Source: Planctomycetota bacterium
GTDB lineage: Bacteria > Planctomycetota > B15-G4 > JADJEK01
Length of the DNA stretch: 64,000 nucleotides
Reading direction: 5' to 3'
NCBI GenBank assembly: GCA_044225365.1
Contig: JBGAIQ010000001.1
Span: 1 to 64,000 of the forward strand
Both the position numbers and the translations under genes were made by a program. Numbering within the stretch: position 1 is the stretch's first letter; the number at the start of each line of letters is the position of its first letter. Under the pieces are notes generated by a model. That model was not told the DNA's origin and did no database searches. It saw only the letters and a program-made list of their open reading frames with translations. Shown piece after piece: positions 59,799-64,000 of this stretch.

Positions 59799-61261
59799 CC
59801 GGAGGTTTGATCTCCATCGCGCGATCCGCGCGTCCGGTGACCGTGGGAGTCGTCGGCGACTTGATCCTCGATCGCTACCTGCGCGGCGAGACCGAACGCA
59901 TCTCTCCGGAGGCGCCGATTCCCGTCCTCGCGGTCGATCAGGAAGAAGTGCGACTCGGAGGCGCCGGCAACGTCGTCGCGAATCTGCTGTCGATCGGGGC
60001 CGAAGTCTGGGTCGGCGGAGTCGTCGGGGCCGACAAGAACGGCGTGACGTTGTGCGATTCACTGCGCGAAGCGGGAGCGAACGTCGACGCCGTCGTCGTC
60101 GATCCGGGTCGGCCGACGATCGAGAAGACGCGACTCATCGCTCGCAGTCAGCAGATGCTGCGCTTCGACCGCGAGAAGACGCATGCGCTCGAGCCTGCGG
60201 TCGAGTCGGCACTCGTCGCGAAGATCGCCGCGCTCGCGCTGCGCTCCGACATCGTCGTCGCGTCGGACTATGCGAAGGGAGTGCTCACGAAGCCCGTGCT
60301 CGCCGCGCTGTTCGCGTGTGGGAAGCGGGTCCTCGTCGATCCGAAGGGGACGGACTACAGCAAGTACCGTGGCGCGTACGCGATCACGCCGAACCGGCAC
60401 GAGGCCGAGGCCGCGACCCACGTGAAGATCACGGACGATGCGAGCCTCGAGCGCGCTGCCGCGCTGTTGTTCGACATCGTGGGCTCGCCCGTCGTGATCA
60501 TCACGCTCGGCAAGGACGGCATCTATTGCTCCGAGCGCGGCGTCGGCGCGTTCCACATCCAGACCGAAGCGAAGAAGGTGTTCGACGTGACGGGTGCCGG
60601 TGACACGGTGATCGGTCTTCTCGCGCGCTATCTCGGCGCGGGCGTCGATCTGCGTCACGCCGTGCGCATCGCGAATGCGGGTGCCGGCATCGTCGTCGGC
60701 AAGCTCGGCGCTGTCTCGGTGAGTCCGCAGGAGTTGTATCGCGCGTTGTCGGATCCGGGCGACGAGATCGTGCGCGACAAGATCCTCTCGCGCGACGAAG
60801 CAGCCTCGATCGCGCGAGATCTGCGAGCGAAGGGGCAGCGCATCGTCTTCACGAACGGCTGCTTCGATCTCTTACACGCGGGTCACGCGCGGTACCTCGC
60901 GCAAGCTCGCGCCCAGGGCGACGTGCTCATCGTCGGGCTGAACAGCGACGAGTCGGTAAGGCAATTGAAAGGCGATGGTCGTCCGTTGCTCGCGATGGAC
61001 GATCGCGCCCAGCTTCTCGCAGCGCTCGGTGTCGTCGACTTCGTCGTCCCGTTCTCCGAACTCACTCCGCAATCGTTGATCGAGGAGATCACGCCGAGCG
61101 TGCTGGTGAAGGGCGCCGACTGGAAGGGAAAGGGCGTCGTCGGCAGCGAGTGGGTCGAGCGCCATGGCGGCCGGGTCTTCTTCGCCGATTTCCTCGATGG
61201 GAGATCGACGACCGGCCTTGTCGAGCGGATCAAGTCGGGTAAGGGCTGGCGCGAGAAGTAG
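59795..61261 (+). CDS. hldE: Bifunctional heptose-7-phosphate kinase / heptose-1-phosphate adenylyltransferase
   Basis: RISPEAPIPV, GGAGNV, DVTGAGDT, FTNGCFDLLHAGH, GLNSDESV, LVKGAD, STTGLV. Confidence 0.96.
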   Translation: MTGGLISIARSARPVTVGVVGDLILDRYLRGETERISPEAPIPVLAVDQEEVRLGGAGNVVANLLSIGAEVWVGGVVGADKNGVTLCDSLREAGANVDAVVVDPGRPTIEKTRLIARSQQMLRFDREKTHALEPAVESALVAKIAALALRSDIVVASDYAKGVLTKPVLAALFACGKRVLVDPKGTDYSKYRGAYAITPNRHEAEAATHVKITDDASLERAAALLFDIVGSPVVIITLGKDGIYCSERGVGAFHIQTEAKKVFDVTGAGDTVIGLLARYLGAGVDLRHAVRIANAGAGIVVGKLGAVSVSPQELYRALSDPGDEIVRDKILSRDEAASIARDLRAKGQRIVFTNGCFDLLHAGHARYLAQARAQGDVLIVGLNSDESVRQLKGDGRPLLAMDDRAQLLAALGVVDFVVPFSELTPQSLIEEITPSVLVKGADWKGKGVVGSEWVERHGGRVFFADFLDGRSTTGLVERIKSGKGWREK

Positions 61262-61433
61262 TTGACGTCGATGGAGGGCGGCAGCGTCCATCCTGGCACA
61301 GGGCGTGTTAACCGAGCGATTTCGCTCGCATCACTCCGTTGATGGTGCGATTCACCACGTTACCCGTTCAGTTCCGCGCGATATCCTCGCGCGGCGTTCG
61401 CAATCGCGCGGACCCTTCCTGCTGAACGGAGCG

Positions 61434-63422
61434 ATGATCGTGACCGCAATTCTCGACGTTCGTGTGCGCGAAGAGGGCAAGGAAGAGAGCGTTCAGTTCG
61501 GCAAGTCGCGGATCACGATCGGTCGCGCGACGAGCAACGATATCTGCGTCGTCGACCGCCAGGCCTCCCGAGTGCACTGCGCGATCGAATGGGTCGACGA
61601 CGGAAATGCACGGCTCCAGGATCTGGGTTCACAGAACGGCACGTTCGTGAACGGTCAGCGCGTTCTTTCGATCGACCTGCGGCCCGGGGACGTCATCAAG
61701 GTCGGCCAGGCGGAGATCCATTACGCGCCGGATCGCAAGAACGGTAGCGACACGATCGTGCCCGATGCCGGAACCCGCGCGCGGTCGGTCGACGACATGG
61801 TGAAGGAGCTGTCGCAGGAACGCGCATTCCTCATGCGGCTCATCGCGATCGGACGCGACATTGCGCTCGAACACGAATTGATGCCGTTGCTCAATCGCGT
61901 GCTCGACGCCGTCGTCGAGCTAACGGGTGCGGAGCGCGCATTCATCGTGCTGTCCGATGGACACGATGGCCTCGAATGCGAGTGTTCGCGGAACTTCGAA
62001 GGCTCCGAGGTGCGTAACGCCGACGTCGCGGTCTCGCGCTCGATCGCGCAGGAAGTGATGCGACGCGGGCAACCCGTGTTCTCGGTGAACGCTCGTGAGG
62101 ACGATCGATACAAGAGCGTCCAGTCGATCGTCAATCTCGGACTGCGCAGCGTGCTCGCGGCGCCGCTGAAGTTCCGCGATCAGATGCTCGGCGTCGTGTA
62201 CATCGACAATCGGCTAGAGGCCGCCGCGTTCAATGCGCGCGATCGAGATCGACTACTCGCGTTCGCGGATCAGGTCGCGGTCGCGGTCGCCAGCGCACGG
62301 CTCGTTCGCGACCTCACCGAGTCGAACAAGGCGCTCGGCTCTGCGAGAGCGCGCCTCGAAGCGCTCAATCGCGATCTGCGCCGCACCGTTTCCGATCGTG
62401 AAGCGGAACTCGCATCGGTTCGAGCGCGTCTCGCCGGCGAGGATCCGAACGAAGCCGAGATGAAGTACGAGACCGTCGGAATCGTCGGGCGCTCACCCGC
62501 GATGCGATCGGTGTTCGAACTCCTCGATCGCGTCGTCGAATCGGATTTCCCCGTGCTCATCGAGGGCGAGAGCGGAACCGGCAAGGAACTCCTGGCGCGG
62601 GCGGTGCATCGCCTCGGTAATCGCAGGTCCGAACCGTTCGTATCCGAGAATTGCGCGGCGTTGCCCGAAACGCTGCTCGAATCGGAGTTGTTCGGATCGG
62701 TGAAAGGCGCGTTCACGGGAGCGACCAATCGTCGCGGCCTGCTCGAGCGCGCCCACGGCGGCACATTGTTCCTCGACGAGGTCTCCGAGATGTCGCCCGC
62801 ATTGCAGGCGAAGCTCCTGCGGTTCCTGCAGGACGGCGAGTTCCGGCCAGTGGGGCGGACGGATCCGATCCACGTGAACGTGCGGATCATCTCGGCGTGC
62901 AACAAGGACCTTCGCCAGCTCGTCGCACAGGGGCAGTTCCGCGAGGATCTCTTCTACCGCCTGAACGTGCTGCCGGTTCGGCTGCCGCCCTTGCGGCAGC
63001 GCCGCGAGGACATCCCCTTGTTGCTCGAACGATTCGTCGCGCGCGCGGCAATCGCGCTCGGGCGACCCGCTCCGGCGATCGCGCCCGAAGTCCTCGAAGC
63101 GCTCACGAAGTACGGCTGGCCCGGTAACGTCCGTGAACTCGAGAACGAAGTGCGACGGCTCGTCACGCTCTCGGACTCGACCGTCACGCTCGATCAGGTG
63201 TCGGCGCACGTGAAGCAACGCGCGGTGAGCGCCGGAAACGTCGACGAAGGTGACCTCGCTCAGATGGTCCAGACCATCGAGGTTCGCGAGATCAAGCGAG
63301 CCCTCGATGCGGCCCATGCCAACAAGACGAAGGCGGCGCAGATCCTCGGGATCTCGCGCTTCGCCCTCAATCGCAAGCTCGAGAAGTATGGCCTCGCGAG
63401 TTCGGATTCGAGCGACGGCTGA
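61434..63422 (+). CDS. sigma54-dependent activator with FHA and GAF domains (FHA-GAF-AAA+-HTH)
   Basis: IGR..SND..SRVH..GSQNGTFVNG; GAF LRSVLAAPL..GVVYIDNR; GESGTGKE, GAFTGA, FLDEV, WPGNVREL; HTH AAQILGISR. Confidence 0.95.
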   Translation: MIVTAILDVRVREEGKEESVQFGKSRITIGRATSNDICVVDRQASRVHCAIEWVDDGNARLQDLGSQNGTFVNGQRVLSIDLRPGDVIKVGQAEIHYAPDRKNGSDTIVPDAGTRARSVDDMVKELSQERAFLMRLIAIGRDIALEHELMPLLNRVLDAVVELTGAERAFIVLSDGHDGLECECSRNFEGSEVRNADVAVSRSIAQEVMRRGQPVFSVNAREDDRYKSVQSIVNLGLRSVLAAPLKFRDQMLGVVYIDNRLEAAAFNARDRDRLLAFADQVAVAVASARLVRDLTESNKALGSARARLEALNRDLRRTVSDREAELASVRARLAGEDPNEAEMKYETVGIVGRSPAMRSVFELLDRVVESDFPVLIEGESGTGKELLARAVHRLGNRRSEPFVSENCAALPETLLESELFGSVKGAFTGATNRRGLLERAHGGTLFLDEVSEMSPALQAKLLRFLQDGEFRPVGRTDPIHVNVRIISACNKDLRQLVAQGQFREDLFYRLNVLPVRLPPLRQRREDIPLLLERFVARAAIALGRPAPAIAPEVLEALTKYGWPGNVRELENEVRRLVTLSDSTVTLDQVSAHVKQRAVSAGNVDEGDLAQMVQTIEVREIKRALDAAHANKTKAAQILGISRFALNRKLEKYGLASSDSSDG

Positions 63423-63527
63423 GCCGTCTCGCGCGAGTCACTAGATGTCGGATCGAGGAACGAGTAGAACCGCGGTGCTGTCGATCGGCGGATCGAGTTC
63501 TCGCGAGAAGCCGAAGAAGAAGTCGGG

Positions 63528-64000
63528 ATGACGTCCACCCCGGAGCCCGTGAAGATCGCCGGATACCGGATCGAGGGAATGCTCGGCACCGGTGGGATGA
63601 GCCGCGTCTACGCCGCGCGTCAGCTCTCCGTCGATCGGCGAGTCGCGCTCAAGATCTTCGAACTCGGCGGCGGAGGCGGCTCGCAGGCGGCAGCCCGACT
63701 GCGACGTGAGGCGCACCTCCTCGCCAAACTCGATCACGAGAACGTCGTCCGCTGCATCGATTTCGGCGAGTCCGACGGGTACTTCTATCTCGCTCTCGAA
63801 CTCGTCGAGGGAGAGAGTCTCAAGCAACGCCTCGATCGGAGCGGCCGGCTCTTCGGGAAGGATGCGGCGAAGATCGCCGTCGCGGTCGCGCAGGCGCTGC
63901 AGCACGCGCACGCCAAGGGAGTCGTGCATCGCGACGTGAAACCGGGGAATATCCTCATCGCACGCGACGGACGGGTGAAGCTCTCTGACTTCGGTCTCGC
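63528..64000 (+). CDS. Ser/Thr protein kinase, 5' part (runs off the window)
   Basis: GYRIEGMLGTGGMSRVY, VALKI, REA, HRDVKPGNIL, KLSDFGL. Not in the ORF track because no stop falls inside the window. Confidence 0.93.
   Translation, partial: MTSTPEPVKIAGYRIEGMLGTGGMSRVYAARQLSVDRRVALKIFELGGGGGSQAAARLRREAHLLAKLDHENVVRCIDFGESDGYFYLALELVEGESLKQRLDRSGRLFGKDAAKIAVAVAQALQHAHAKGVVHRDVKPGNILIARDGRVKLSDFGL

Noticed and set aside
61294-61309. sigma54 promoter TGGCACAGGGCGTGTT
   Set aside because: Good -24 but GT instead of the near-invariant GC at -12.

Overview
GC-rich bacterial chromosomal segment, roughly two-thirds GC by eye, densely coding. Planctomycetota is inferred from the groEL-groES-groEL-dnaJ-grpE-FmdB order, the DUF1800/DUF1501 pair, an NPCBM protein, a RedB/RedC-like pair and an FHA-GAF sigma54 activator next to a Ser/Thr kinase. 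Left to right: a surface-glycan/glycosylation cluster (0.3-13.6 kb); a complex I operon nuoA-EF-G-H-J-K-L-M-N lacking exactly the quinone module nuoB/C/D/I, with a fused nuoE-nuoF, an internal 3 x 33-bp GTAG-type REP array and a structured leader (13.6-24.6 kb); ECF sigma/anti-sigma and secreted proteins (24.7-33 kb); a RedB-like protein with a hybrid kinase; a radical SAM protein; a chaperone operon; radC, MFS and yidC; then nrdR, an NrdD-like gene and smc; LPS genes; and a signalling pair. The best candidate for an undescribed system is the overlapping three-gene unit nrdR / apparently catalytically dead class III ribonucleotide reductase homolog with two ATP cones / smc, preceded by two NrdR-box-like sites 32 bp apart. 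It may couple dNTP sensing to SMC. A candidate ~135-nt C/U-rich small RNA lies just downstream of smc on the opposite strand. No rRNA, tRNA, CRISPR array or transposase was seen. All calls come from motif reading by eye; no database searches were run.
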